The position numbers and the translations under genes were made by a program. Positions 19,152 through 27,933 of a DNA stretch of 64,000 nucleotides are shown here, piece by piece (position 1 is the stretch's first letter; every line of letters starts with the position of its first letter). This DNA comes from Anaerolineales bacterium (GTDB taxonomy: Bacteria > Chloroflexota > Anaerolineae > Anaerolineales > E44-bin32): NCBI GenBank assembly GCA_034430795.1, contig DAOUDJ010000222.1, positions 5,481 through 69,480 on the forward strand, in the 5' to 3' direction. The notes beneath the pieces were generated by a model. It was not told the DNA's origin and searched no databases. It was given only the letters and a program-made list of their open reading frames with translations.

Positions 19152-19925
19152 TTATTGCGTGATCAGCGTCCCATTTGGTGAGCCTAGGAGCACCTCTCGT
19201 AATTGACCTGGTGTCTCGCCAGAAAAGATGAGAACTTCAGTGTCCGGAAGCTTTTTTGAGAATGCCAGCGCATACTTCACTTTCGTTTTCATACCGCCGG
19301 TGACATCCAGCGGTCCATCATCCGCGAAGGCTAATCCGTCAAAGTCAGCCTGGGTGATTGAGGCGAGGATCTCCCCGGAACGATTGTATACACCTGGAGT
19401 AAGACCTGTAAGTAAGATACGGCTGGGTTTTATTGTCTCGGTCAGATAGGAGAAGATAGCTTCAGTCGAAGCGATCGCCGCTCCTCTGGTTTCATCGAAA
19501 ACTACGTCGCCATGAATTACGGGGATCAAACCTTTTGATAACGCATGTTGAATAGGTTGGATTGCGAGGCTTATCAACTCGCCGTCATGTGCGAGCGCCG
19601 AAGCAGAAGGAGGGAAAGAGATGACTGGCAGACCAGCCGCAAGTAGTGAGTCCATAACGAACCTGTGCAGCTTGTTGGCCGCTTTCCAGACAGCGACGAC
19701 CCCCTTCCAATCCTCAATTGTCGATGCGCCATGATGGGTGCCGAATTTCGCGGCAGCATGGTGGCCAAAAGACCCCGAACCGTGCCCGAGAAGAATCGTT
19801 AATTCTGGGTTCTCCCGGCGAACATCCTGAATCTCTGTGGCCAACCTATCGATTACCTCCAGGCGAGCGGATTCAATCTGTGATTTCTCTGTGATCAGTG
19901 AGCCGCCAAGCTTGAGGAAAATCAT
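19152..19925 (-). CDS. ipk: isopentenyl phosphate kinase (amino-acid-kinase fold)
   Basis: 'MIFLKLGGSLITEK', 'LGHGSGSFGH', 'VIHGDVV' and 'DVTGGM' match archaeal/Chloroflexi IPK signatures. 4-nt overlap with mvk. Confidence 0.85.
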   Translation of the reverse strand: MIFLKLGGSLITEKSQIESARLEVIDRLATEIQDVRRENPELTILLGHGSGSFGHHAAAKFGTHHGASTIEDWKGVVAVWKAANKLHRFVMDSLLAAGLPVISFPPSASALAHDGELISLAIQPIQHALSKGLIPVIHGDVVFDETRGAAIASTEAIFSYLTETIKPSRILLTGLTPGVYNRSGEILASITQADFDGLAFADDGPLDVTGGMKTKVKYALAFSKKLPDTEVLIFSGETPGQLREVLLGSPNGTLITQ

Positions 19926-20857
19926 CTGTCCACCTCTGTTATGAAAACCTGTTTTGCTCCGGCTTTTATCAGAGCGGTTTCAACTTCTTGTGCGGTATCT
20001 AACTCAACAAGTGCGAGCATGATACCGCCCATTCCTGCGCCTGAAAGTTTGGCACCTAAAGCGCCTGATCCGCGGGCTGCTCGAATCAGACGTTGAAGCT
20101 CCCATGAACTAAGACCCATATCTTCCAACAGCGTCTGGTTTCGATTCATCAAAGCCCCCAAAGACACGAGTGAGCCTGTCTCTAGCATTGTACGGGCTTC
20201 TTTCACGATCTCGCCAATTTCTTCGAACCATCCCCCGTATGTCCCTGGGTCTTTTTCCCAGCGCTCACGCAGCAGATTCACCGGTATGGTGGTTCTCATC
20301 GACACGCCTGTGTCCCCAACAATCAGATTTAAAGGAGTGGATATCGAGATAAACTCTGGTTTGTGTTCGCGAATGAAGTAGACCGGTTTTTCGTAGGCGA
20401 CTACGGTATTGTCGATCCCGGAGGGTGTGCCGTGATGGAGGCACTCGACTGCGTAAGCGATCTTGGAGATCGTTTCAACTTCGAGTGGTTTCCCCAAGTG
20501 GTCGCTCAGAGCACGGATGACGGCGACCGAGACGGCCGCGCTTGATCCGAGCCCCGAGGCAATGGGGAGCTGCGAGCGGATGGTTAGATGGACATCTACA
20601 GGCGCTTTCACGCCGAGTTCATCAAGGGTGATGTTTACCGCGGATGCCAATGGGTTTTCCCCATCCGCTTCGTGGAGCCAATAGGACTGGCCGATGTCGG
20701 GTGCGTCGATGAGCACGCCCGTAGTTCCCGGATCGAGGCTTTCAACTTGAACTGTCACACGGATATGGGAAAGAGGGACAGCTATTGCGGGCTGGCCGTA
20801 AACGACCGCATGTTCCCCGAAGAGGATAGCTTTGCCAGAAGCGCTGGCTAGGGTCAT
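19922..20857 (-). CDS. mvk: mevalonate kinase
   Basis: GHMP kinase motifs 'GKAILFGEHAVVYG' and 'PIASGLGSSAAVSVA', plus C-terminal 'KLSGAGMGG'. 4-nt overlaps on both sides. Confidence 0.9.
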   Translation of the reverse strand: MTLASASGKAILFGEHAVVYGQPAIAVPLSHIRVTVQVESLDPGTTGVLIDAPDIGQSYWLHEADGENPLASAVNITLDELGVKAPVDVHLTIRSQLPIASGLGSSAAVSVAVIRALSDHLGKPLEVETISKIAYAVECLHHGTPSGIDNTVVAYEKPVYFIREHKPEFISISTPLNLIVGDTGVSMRTTIPVNLLRERWEKDPGTYGGWFEEIGEIVKEARTMLETGSLVSLGALMNRNQTLLEDMGLSSWELQRLIRAARGSGALGAKLSGAGMGGIMLALVELDTAQEVETALIKAGAKQVFITEVDR

Positions 20858-21774
20858 GGGGAGAAGTATAAGATGGCGACGGCGGTTAAACCCCAGAGTG
20901 CAACCGTGGCCATGAGCGGTTTATCGGATAGAAGGAGTTCTTCCGGAGCGCCGCCTTCGGCTTTAACATGGATAAGAAATAGATAGCGGAAGATTCCATA
21001 AATTACAAAGGGGATCGTCAACATCATCAAGTGATTACCCGGGAGATTCTCTGCGGAGAAGGTATAGAGGGCGTAGGCGAGAATCGTTGTGCTGGAGACA
21101 ATCGAAAGCAAGTGGTCGATGAACGAGAGAGTGTAGCCATCGAGAACGCGTCGATGAGAATTCGCATCGTCCGCTAATAGAACCATCTCTGCGCGCCTCT
21201 TTCCCAAACCCATGAAAAGTGAGATTAGGGTAACGCATACATACATCCAGGGGGAGAAACGCTGAACCGTGATGAGTACTACTCCTGCCGCTACACGGAG
21301 GACAAAGCCGGTGGCGATGACGAGGACGTCGATGATAGGGATGTGTTTGAGGTAGAACGAATATAACAAGTTTAAAACCATATAGGTAAGAAGGATGAGA
21401 CCGAACTTGATTTCGAGCCAGAATCCGAGACCGAGGGCTGTGATCGAGAAGAGAACCGCGGCAATTATAGCGACGTTCTTTGAGAGTTTTCCTGAGGCGA
21501 GCGGGCGCGTTCGCTTCACAGGGTGCTGCCGGTCTTGTTCGATGTCAACGAGGTCGTTGATGAGATAGACTGCACTTGCTCCTAAACAGAATATAAAGAA
21601 CCCTCCAAGGGTTCTAAGGAAGGAAGGCAGGTGTAACAATTTCTGGTCGAAAACAAGTGCTGTGAAGAGAATACCATTCTTGACCCATTGCTTGGGGCGC
21701 ATGGCCTTCAGTAGGTGTCTCATTATGGGCCGCATGATAGCAGGAACATCTGGGAGGGGCAAGAGAGCTATCAC
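20854..21774 (-). CDS. UbiA-family polyprenyl-phosphate phosphoribosyltransferase (DPPR synthase, Rv3806c-like)
   Basis: 'LLKAMRPKQWVKNG', 'AVYLINDLVDIEQDRQHPVKRTRPLASG' and 'GKRRAEM' parallel M. tuberculosis Rv3806c ('LVKAMRPRQWVKN', 'NDVRDVEADREHPTKRFRPIAAG', 'GKRYAEL'). The start may be an internal Met. Confidence 0.8.
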   Translation of the reverse strand: MIALLPLPDVPAIMRPIMRHLLKAMRPKQWVKNGILFTALVFDQKLLHLPSFLRTLGGFFIFCLGASAVYLINDLVDIEQDRQHPVKRTRPLASGKLSKNVAIIAAVLFSITALGLGFWLEIKFGLILLTYMVLNLLYSFYLKHIPIIDVLVIATGFVLRVAAGVVLITVQRFSPWMYVCVTLISLFMGLGKRRAEMVLLADDANSHRRVLDGYTLSFIDHLLSIVSSTTILAYALYTFSAENLPGNHLMMLTIPFVIYGIFRYLFLIHVKAEGGAPEELLLSDKPLMATVALWGLTAVAILYFSP

Positions 21775-21838
21775 TCAGATGATGACAAGGTCGTTCTGAA
21801 GATGGGTTGAACGTACAGATTGAAGTACAATCGAGATT

Positions 21839-22615
21839 ATGTCCAGTAAGAAACGCATCGATCTCCTTCTTGTTGACCGAGGGCTCGCCGAAAGCCGTTC
21901 TGTAGCACAAAAATTGATCATGGCCGGGCTCGTTCGAGTGGAAGGACAGTTGATCCATAAAGCATCTCAAAAAGCAGAACCGGGGATGTTGATCGAGGTA
22001 GCCTCCGGACCACGATTTGTCTCTCGCGGTGGAGAGAAGTTGAAAGCTGCAGTGGAGACGTTTCCGGTGACTGTGGATGGTCGAATCTGTGCCGATGTCG
22101 GTGCATCAACGGGAGGGTTCACCGATTGTCTCCTGCAACACGGGGCTGCGCGTGTGTATACGATCGATGTGGGGAAGGGGCTGCTCCATTGGAAATTGCG
22201 AAACGACGCTCGTGTTGTGGTGATGGAGAAGACGAATGCTCGCTACTTGAAAACCCTTCCTGAGCATGTCCATCTTGTAACGATGGATGTCTCCTTTATC
22301 TCACTCCGGAAACTGCTGCCGGTCATCGTTGGATGGTTGGAGCCGGGGGGAGATGTGATCGCTTTAATCAAACCGCAGTTCGAAGCTGGCCCCGCTCGCG
22401 TTGGCAGGGGTGGGGTTGTTCGTGATCCCGCTGTACATCGCGACGTGACCCATCGAATCCTAGAATTTTCCGTCGAACACTCACTCGCGCCTCAGGGACT
22501 CATTCAATCCCCTTTACGTGGCCCGAAAGGCAATGTTGAGTTCCTGGCATGGCTGCGAAAAGACGCGCAAGCACGGAGCACAGATGACTTGCTTGAGATC
22601 GTATTCCCATCTTGA
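21839..22615 (+). CDS. tlyA: TlyA-family rRNA 2'-O-methyltransferase (S4 domain + FtsJ fold)
   Basis: 'RIDLLLVDRGLAESRSVAQKLIMAG', 'DVGASTGGFTDCLLQHGA' and 'DVSFISL' motifs. Confidence 0.9.
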   Translation: MSSKKRIDLLLVDRGLAESRSVAQKLIMAGLVRVEGQLIHKASQKAEPGMLIEVASGPRFVSRGGEKLKAAVETFPVTVDGRICADVGASTGGFTDCLLQHGAARVYTIDVGKGLLHWKLRNDARVVVMEKTNARYLKTLPEHVHLVTMDVSFISLRKLLPVIVGWLEPGGDVIALIKPQFEAGPARVGRGGVVRDPAVHRDVTHRILEFSVEHSLAPQGLIQSPLRGPKGNVEFLAWLRKDAQARSTDDLLEIVFPS

Positions 22616-22761
22616 AATGGAACCTGTGAATAATTACGAGGTTGATGTTCTCATACCTTTTGTAAAGGGAGGATCTCTGAAGATGGACGAAATGGTTCAA
22701 GCGCGGTTTTTGCGTACGAATGACGGTGCTGGAATTGTCAACAGGGTATAATCCCCGCCTG

Positions 22762-23772
22762 ATGCCAATGTCACGAAACTCGCGTAGATTTCTTGTCCTC
22801 CTTTTGGGAATACTCATCAGCGCTGCAGCGCTGTACCTAGTCCTACGTTGGGCTGGCTGGGAAGCCCTTCTCGCCGCGTTAAAACGGATGGACGTGCGCT
22901 TCTTGCTTCTTGCGGTTGTTGTTTATCTGATTTCTATGCTAGCGCGTGCGGCAGCATGGCAAACAATACTGAATCATAAGTATGGTTTCGGTCGAGTACT
23001 GGCCGCGTTGAATGAAGGCTATCTTCTAAATAACGTTCTCCCGTGGCGCCTCGGTGAGGTGGGACGCGCTGTTCTGCTCGGTCGACGATCGGGAGGATCG
23101 ATCTTATCGGTTCTTTCCTCGATCCTTGTTGAACGATTATTTGATCTCGCGCTTGCCTTAGGTTTGCTCTTCGCACTGTTGCCTCTTGTTGCCGGAATTC
23201 CGAACGTACCACGCACCGGATCGACGATCGCCATTGTCCTGATCTTTATCATTGCTGTTCTATGGCTTCTTGTCCGCAAGCCTGTATGGATAGAAAGCGT
23301 CCTCTGCCGGCTTCCCGGGGGTGGAAAGCGGTGGATGCCCGCCTGGGAACGCGTCCGGCAAGGCTTGCAGGCGCTTCAAGATCCTCGCGTGCTTTTTACG
23401 AGTCTTGGTTGGATGGTGCTCACGTGGGCTCTCGCCGGAGTAGAGTATTGGTTGGTCTTAAAAGCCCTTATCCCCGAAGCGGAATGGACCTGGGCGTTCT
23501 TCATGTTAACGATAACATTGCTCGGTGGAGCCATCCCTTCATCGCCGGGTTATTTTGGCGTGTTTGAGGCAGCAGGAGTATTGGCGCTCGCCGCGTTTGA
23601 TGTTCCGAAAGCGGAAGCCCTGGCCGTCTCGCTTACCATTCATGGAATGGTTTTTTCAATAGGATCTCTCTTCGGCCTTATAGCTTTGCTCAATGAAGGT
23701 GAGACGATCTCAGGGTTGTACCAGGATATCCGCAGGTGGCTCTCCTCTGGCTCGAATCAGCAAGCGGGTTAA
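22762..23772 (+). CDS. UPF0104 / LPG_synthase_TM (MprF flippase-domain-like) membrane protein
   Basis: 'LNEGYLLNNVLPWRLGEVGRAVLL' and an 8-TM layout match the lysyl-PG synthase TM-region family. Start is ATG 22762 or 22768 (the ORF is open from 22720). Confidence 0.78.
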   Translation: MPMSRNSRRFLVLLLGILISAAALYLVLRWAGWEALLAALKRMDVRFLLLAVVVYLISMLARAAAWQTILNHKYGFGRVLAALNEGYLLNNVLPWRLGEVGRAVLLGRRSGGSILSVLSSILVERLFDLALALGLLFALLPLVAGIPNVPRTGSTIAIVLIFIIAVLWLLVRKPVWIESVLCRLPGGGKRWMPAWERVRQGLQALQDPRVLFTSLGWMVLTWALAGVEYWLVLKALIPEAEWTWAFFMLTITLLGGAIPSSPGYFGVFEAAGVLALAAFDVPKAEALAVSLTIHGMVFSIGSLFGLIALLNEGETISGLYQDIRRWLSSGSNQQAG

Positions 23773-24927
23773 ATGCGCATACTGAACACGCTCTATTATT
23801 ATCGCCCTCATTTTTCCGGTCTGACGGTCTACACGGAACGTCTGGCGCGAATGCTTGTTTCTCAAGGGCACCAGGTGACGGTGTTAACATCGCAATACGA
23901 GCGGTCCCTTCGGCTGGTTGAAAAAATGGACGGCGTGGATGTAAAGCGAGTGCCCGTTGCGTTTAATGTCAGCAAGGGTCCGATCATGCCAACTTTCCTC
24001 TATCAGGCTGCGCGTTTGATCCCTGAGCATGACATCCTCCACCTGCACGTCCCGCAGCTCGAGGCAGCGCCTCTTTCGCTGCTTGGGCGCGCCTTTGGCA
24101 AACCTGTGGTGCTAACCTACCACTGCGATCTCATGCTGCCTCCCTCGTTGTTGAACGCGCTTGCAAACCGAATTTCAGATCTGGCGAATTCGATTTCGAC
24201 GAAAACCGCAAGTGCGATTGTTGTAAACTCGCGGGATTATGCGGAAGAATCACCGCTTTTGAGTAAAAGGCTCGAGAAAGTCGAAGTTATTCCGCCTCCA
24301 ATCGAGATGCCTGAACCGGATCCTATGGTCGTCCTATCTATGCGGAAGCGCTTCAAGATTGCCCCGGGGAGTCCGGTTATTGGAATGGCTGCACGTCTAG
24401 CGACAGAGAAAGGGGCCGAGGTGCTTGCTCAGGCGATGACGATCGTTCTCAAAGAAATGCCGAGCGCCCGCGTTTTTTATGTCGGTCAGCATGAAAATGT
24501 AATGGGCGAGGAGGCATATCGTGCCCGGCTTCTTCCGCAGATCGAGGCGCTTGGTGACCATTGGACTTTCTTGGGAATTCTCCAGCAGAGTGAGTTTGCG
24601 GCTTTCTTTAAGCTGTGTGATGTTACTGTGCTCCCCAGTTTGAACAGCACGGAGAGTTTCGGGATGGTTCAGGTCGAATCGATGCTCTCGGGAACCCCGG
24701 TTGTGGCCAGCGACCTCCCTGGGGTCCGGCAGCCTACTCAGACAACGGGTATGGGTTTAACATTCCCTCCAGGGGATGCGGACAAGCTTGCCGCCGCGCT
24801 TCTCCAGGTCCTTAGGAATCCTGCGGATTACACAAGCGACCGTGCCAGCGTTATGGCCCAATACTCAAGCGAAGTCGTATCGGCGAAGTATGAAACCATC
24901 TTTGCCAATATAATTTCGAAAGTGTAA
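23773..24927 (+). CDS. GT4-family (GT-B, retaining) glycosyltransferase
   Basis: 'MRILNTLYYYRPHFSGLTVYTERLA' N-terminus. EX7E region 'ESFGMVQVESMLSGTPVVASDLPG'. ATG directly abuts the upstream TAA. Confidence 0.88.
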   Translation: MRILNTLYYYRPHFSGLTVYTERLARMLVSQGHQVTVLTSQYERSLRLVEKMDGVDVKRVPVAFNVSKGPIMPTFLYQAARLIPEHDILHLHVPQLEAAPLSLLGRAFGKPVVLTYHCDLMLPPSLLNALANRISDLANSISTKTASAIVVNSRDYAEESPLLSKRLEKVEVIPPPIEMPEPDPMVVLSMRKRFKIAPGSPVIGMAARLATEKGAEVLAQAMTIVLKEMPSARVFYVGQHENVMGEEAYRARLLPQIEALGDHWTFLGILQQSEFAAFFKLCDVTVLPSLNSTESFGMVQVESMLSGTPVVASDLPGVRQPTQTTGMGLTFPPGDADKLAAALLQVLRNPADYTSDRASVMAQYSSEVVSAKYETIFANIISKV

Positions 24928-24940
24928 ATCTCAACAATAA

Positions 24941-25723
24941 ATGACGAAAGATTATTTTTGGCTGCATCTGCGTGATCTACCCTACTTTCGGGCACTTCTG
25001 CGTTCGATTGAAGCCGGCTACTACAAAGACCTGGATCTCCCATCACCGACTCTCGATGTGGGTTGTGGGGATGGACATTTCACAACGATCGCCTTCGATC
25101 GCCCAATTGAGATCGGCGTCGACCCTGATCTACCGATCATGCGCGAAGCTAAATCACGCCATGCGTATGATCTCCTTCTGCAAGCAGATGGGGCACGCAT
25201 GCCGCTCCCGGACCATTCAATCGCTTCGGCTTTCAGCAATTCGGTGCTCGAGCACATACCGCATCTTGACGCGGTTCTGCGAGATGTGGGTCGGGTGTTA
25301 AAGTCTGGCGCACCATTTGTGTTCACGGTGCCCAACCCGGGCTATCGTACGCAGCTGAGCCTCCCACGCAAGCTCTCTAAGGCAGGACTTTCGGCTCTGG
25401 GGAAGGCGTATGAAAGTTGGTTCATGCGCATGTCGCGAACGATAAACCTCGACGATGAGGGGGGTTGGGAACGGCGATTATCGGCAGCCGGTTTCACGAT
25501 CGAGCGAACCTTCCGCTACTTTCCACCGTCCTCCCTCCATGTTCTGGAGTGGGGGCATTACTTAGGTGGACCCTGCTTGCTCCCGCATAAACTATTCGGC
25601 AAGTGGATTCTCGCCCCTTATCGTTGGAATCTCGGTTTGACGGATAGGCTGGTGCGGCGATACTATGATACGTCGCCGACAGAAGACGGAACCTATAGCT
25701 TTTATCTGGTGCGTAAACGATGA
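24941..25723 (+). CDS. class I SAM-dependent methyltransferase
   Basis: Motif I 'LDVGCGDGHFT' and post-I/II 'ASAFSNSVLEHIP' (Methyltransf_11-like). Confidence 0.85.
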   Translation: MTKDYFWLHLRDLPYFRALLRSIEAGYYKDLDLPSPTLDVGCGDGHFTTIAFDRPIEIGVDPDLPIMREAKSRHAYDLLLQADGARMPLPDHSIASAFSNSVLEHIPHLDAVLRDVGRVLKSGAPFVFTVPNPGYRTQLSLPRKLSKAGLSALGKAYESWFMRMSRTINLDDEGGWERRLSAAGFTIERTFRYFPPSSLHVLEWGHYLGGPCLLPHKLFGKWILAPYRWNLGLTDRLVRRYYDTSPTEDGTYSFYLVRKR

Positions 25724-27933
25724 CCTCACCTGAGTCTGAACCTCTCATAAAACCCGAATCCGATCCGCCAGACGCACAGGAACCAAGCGTCCTGGATTGG
25801 TTGAAATCGCTGGTTCGTGGGCATCCGATCCCCATTCCCGAAGGACCCGTAGAGAGCGCAATCGATGATCTGCCAATGCAGGCGGTGGACGAGGAGCCTC
25901 AGCAAGAGGCGATCCTATCAACCTTCCGTTTTGAGGCATCTCAATTTCGGTTGCCGGTGGCGTTACTGCTAGCGCTTGCAGCGCAATTTGGTCTGGAACG
26001 TCGAGAAGGTTCGATTTGGATCAGTATTGTTCTGTACATCCTGGCTGGTGTGGTTATCGCTTGGGGGACTTGGTCAAAGGATTTCTTCTATAAAACACCT
26101 CCTACCTCAGACGAGAGGGTCAGTCCCGTCACCTATCGTCCGGCATTATTGTCTGCAGCACTTATTCTTTCTCTGCTTACATTCATCAGCTCTGGAAATA
26201 ACCTCTTCGATTTTCCGACCGTGGTCTTCTGGACCGCTTCTATCATCACCATCCTGTTGGCATTCTGGGATGGTGAATTCCCTCTGGTGAGCTGGTGGAG
26301 AAGGTTAAAGAGTTGGTTAGGTGACCCCAATCTGCATTTATCGCTTTCTGGCTGGGATCTTCTGGTTCTTGCCGGTTTCAGTCTTTCGGTCTACTTCCGG
26401 TTCTATCTCCTCGATTCGGTTCCACCGGAGATGGTCAGCGATCACGCTGAGAAATTGCTGGATGTCGTCGATGTGCTCAATGGAAAATACTCGATCTTTT
26501 TCCCGAGGAACACCGGGCGTGAGGCTATGCAGTTTTACATGGCTGCGGCGACGTACAAATGGTTAGGCACGGAGATCTCCTATCTCACCTTGAAAATCGG
26601 CACAGCCCTGGCCGGGGTTCTTACCTTACCTTTCATTTATCTCCTCGGTAAAGAAGTTGGGGGGAAGCGAGTTGGTCTCGCGGCTATGATTCTGGCGGGG
26701 ATCGCTTATTGGCCGAATGTGATAAGCCGGGTGGGGCTGCGGTTTCCGCTTTACCCCTTGTTCGTCGCTCCGGCTTTTTATTACCTGGCCAGAGGAATCC
26801 GTACTCGCAATCGGAATGATTTCCTGCTTTGTGGGTTGGTTGTTGGTATGGGACTTCATGGGTATAGCCCGGCGCGAGTAATCCCTATCGCCATCGCCGT
26901 GGGTATTAGCCTGTATCTTCTGCACAAGGGTTCGCAAGAACAGCGCCGGGTGATGATCACGCTGCTCGTAATCACAGGTCTCGTCGCTCTGATTGTGTTT
27001 ATGCCCCTGGTGCGAATTGCGGTAGATCGCCCGGATGAGGTGATCTACAGGATGACCACGCGCTTTGGGAGCGCCGAGCGGGATTTGCCAGGACCTGCAT
27101 TACAGATTTTCTTTTCAAATGTCTGGAACGGCTTGAAGATGTTCACCTGGGATAATGGCGAGGTATGGGTGAACTCCATCCCGCACCGTCCAGCGTTGGA
27201 TTGGGTCACTGGTGCTCTGTTCTCTCTTGGAGTGGTCATTGCATTGACCCGCTTTGTACGCTACCGGCGCTGGATCGATTTGTTCATTCTCGTCTCGATC
27301 CCCATCCTCCAGCTTCCATCAACGCTATCGCTTGCGTTTCCGGCCGAGAACCCAGCTACCAATCGGGCTGCGGGGGCGATCGTGCCTGCTTTCATCCTTG
27401 CTGGCTTGGCGTTTGCGGCAATTCCGGATTGGATCGAAACCCATTGGAAAGGACGCCAAACGGCCGGCTTCAGCCTAGTGTTCACCGGGTTGCTTTTATT
27501 AATAGCGGGTCGATTGAATTACCACCTCGTTTTTAAGGAATATCAAGATCTATATCGCCGGTCCGCATGGAATACGTCTGAGGCAGGCGCCGTGATTCGG
27601 AACTTTGCTGAATCGATCGGCTCCTATGAAACCGCGCATGTTGTCGCCTACCCTCATTGGGTGGATACACGACTTGTTGGGATAAACGCCGGTCAACCCA
27701 CCAAGGACTATGCCATTTCCGAGGAGGGCTTAGCGGATACGATCTTCGAAACCCGACCACAGCTCTTCCTGCTCCACCCGGATGATGTAGAGTCCTTACA
27801 GAAACTCAAAGAGCTCTACCCATTTGCACGGGTTACAGAGTACCCAAATATCATCGAGGGGAAGAATTTTATAATTTTTTCTGTTCCTTTCGCACCTGAA
27901 ACTCTACCAGAAGCGATCCGGGAATCCGAGTGA
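25720..27933 (+). CDS. GT-C-like (GT39/PMT_2-like) polytopic membrane glycosyltransferase, 737 aa
   Basis: ATGA overlap with the methyltransferase gene. Acidic cytoplasmic N-tail, then many TMs. 'FFPRNTGREAMQFYM...ALAGVLTLPFIYLLGKEVGGKRVGLAAMILAGIAYW' resembles ArnT/PMT_2-type GT-C cores. Confidence 0.7.
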   Translation: MTSPESEPLIKPESDPPDAQEPSVLDWLKSLVRGHPIPIPEGPVESAIDDLPMQAVDEEPQQEAILSTFRFEASQFRLPVALLLALAAQFGLERREGSIWISIVLYILAGVVIAWGTWSKDFFYKTPPTSDERVSPVTYRPALLSAALILSLLTFISSGNNLFDFPTVVFWTASIITILLAFWDGEFPLVSWWRRLKSWLGDPNLHLSLSGWDLLVLAGFSLSVYFRFYLLDSVPPEMVSDHAEKLLDVVDVLNGKYSIFFPRNTGREAMQFYMAAATYKWLGTEISYLTLKIGTALAGVLTLPFIYLLGKEVGGKRVGLAAMILAGIAYWPNVISRVGLRFPLYPLFVAPAFYYLARGIRTRNRNDFLLCGLVVGMGLHGYSPARVIPIAIAVGISLYLLHKGSQEQRRVMITLLVITGLVALIVFMPLVRIAVDRPDEVIYRMTTRFGSAERDLPGPALQIFFSNVWNGLKMFTWDNGEVWVNSIPHRPALDWVTGALFSLGVVIALTRFVRYRRWIDLFILVSIPILQLPSTLSLAFPAENPATNRAAGAIVPAFILAGLAFAAIPDWIETHWKGRQTAGFSLVFTGLLLLIAGRLNYHLVFKEYQDLYRRSAWNTSEAGAVIRNFAESIGSYETAHVVAYPHWVDTRLVGINAGQPTKDYAISEEGLADTIFETRPQLFLLHPDDVESLQKLKELYPFARVTEYPNIIEGKNFIIFSVPFAPETLPEAIRESE

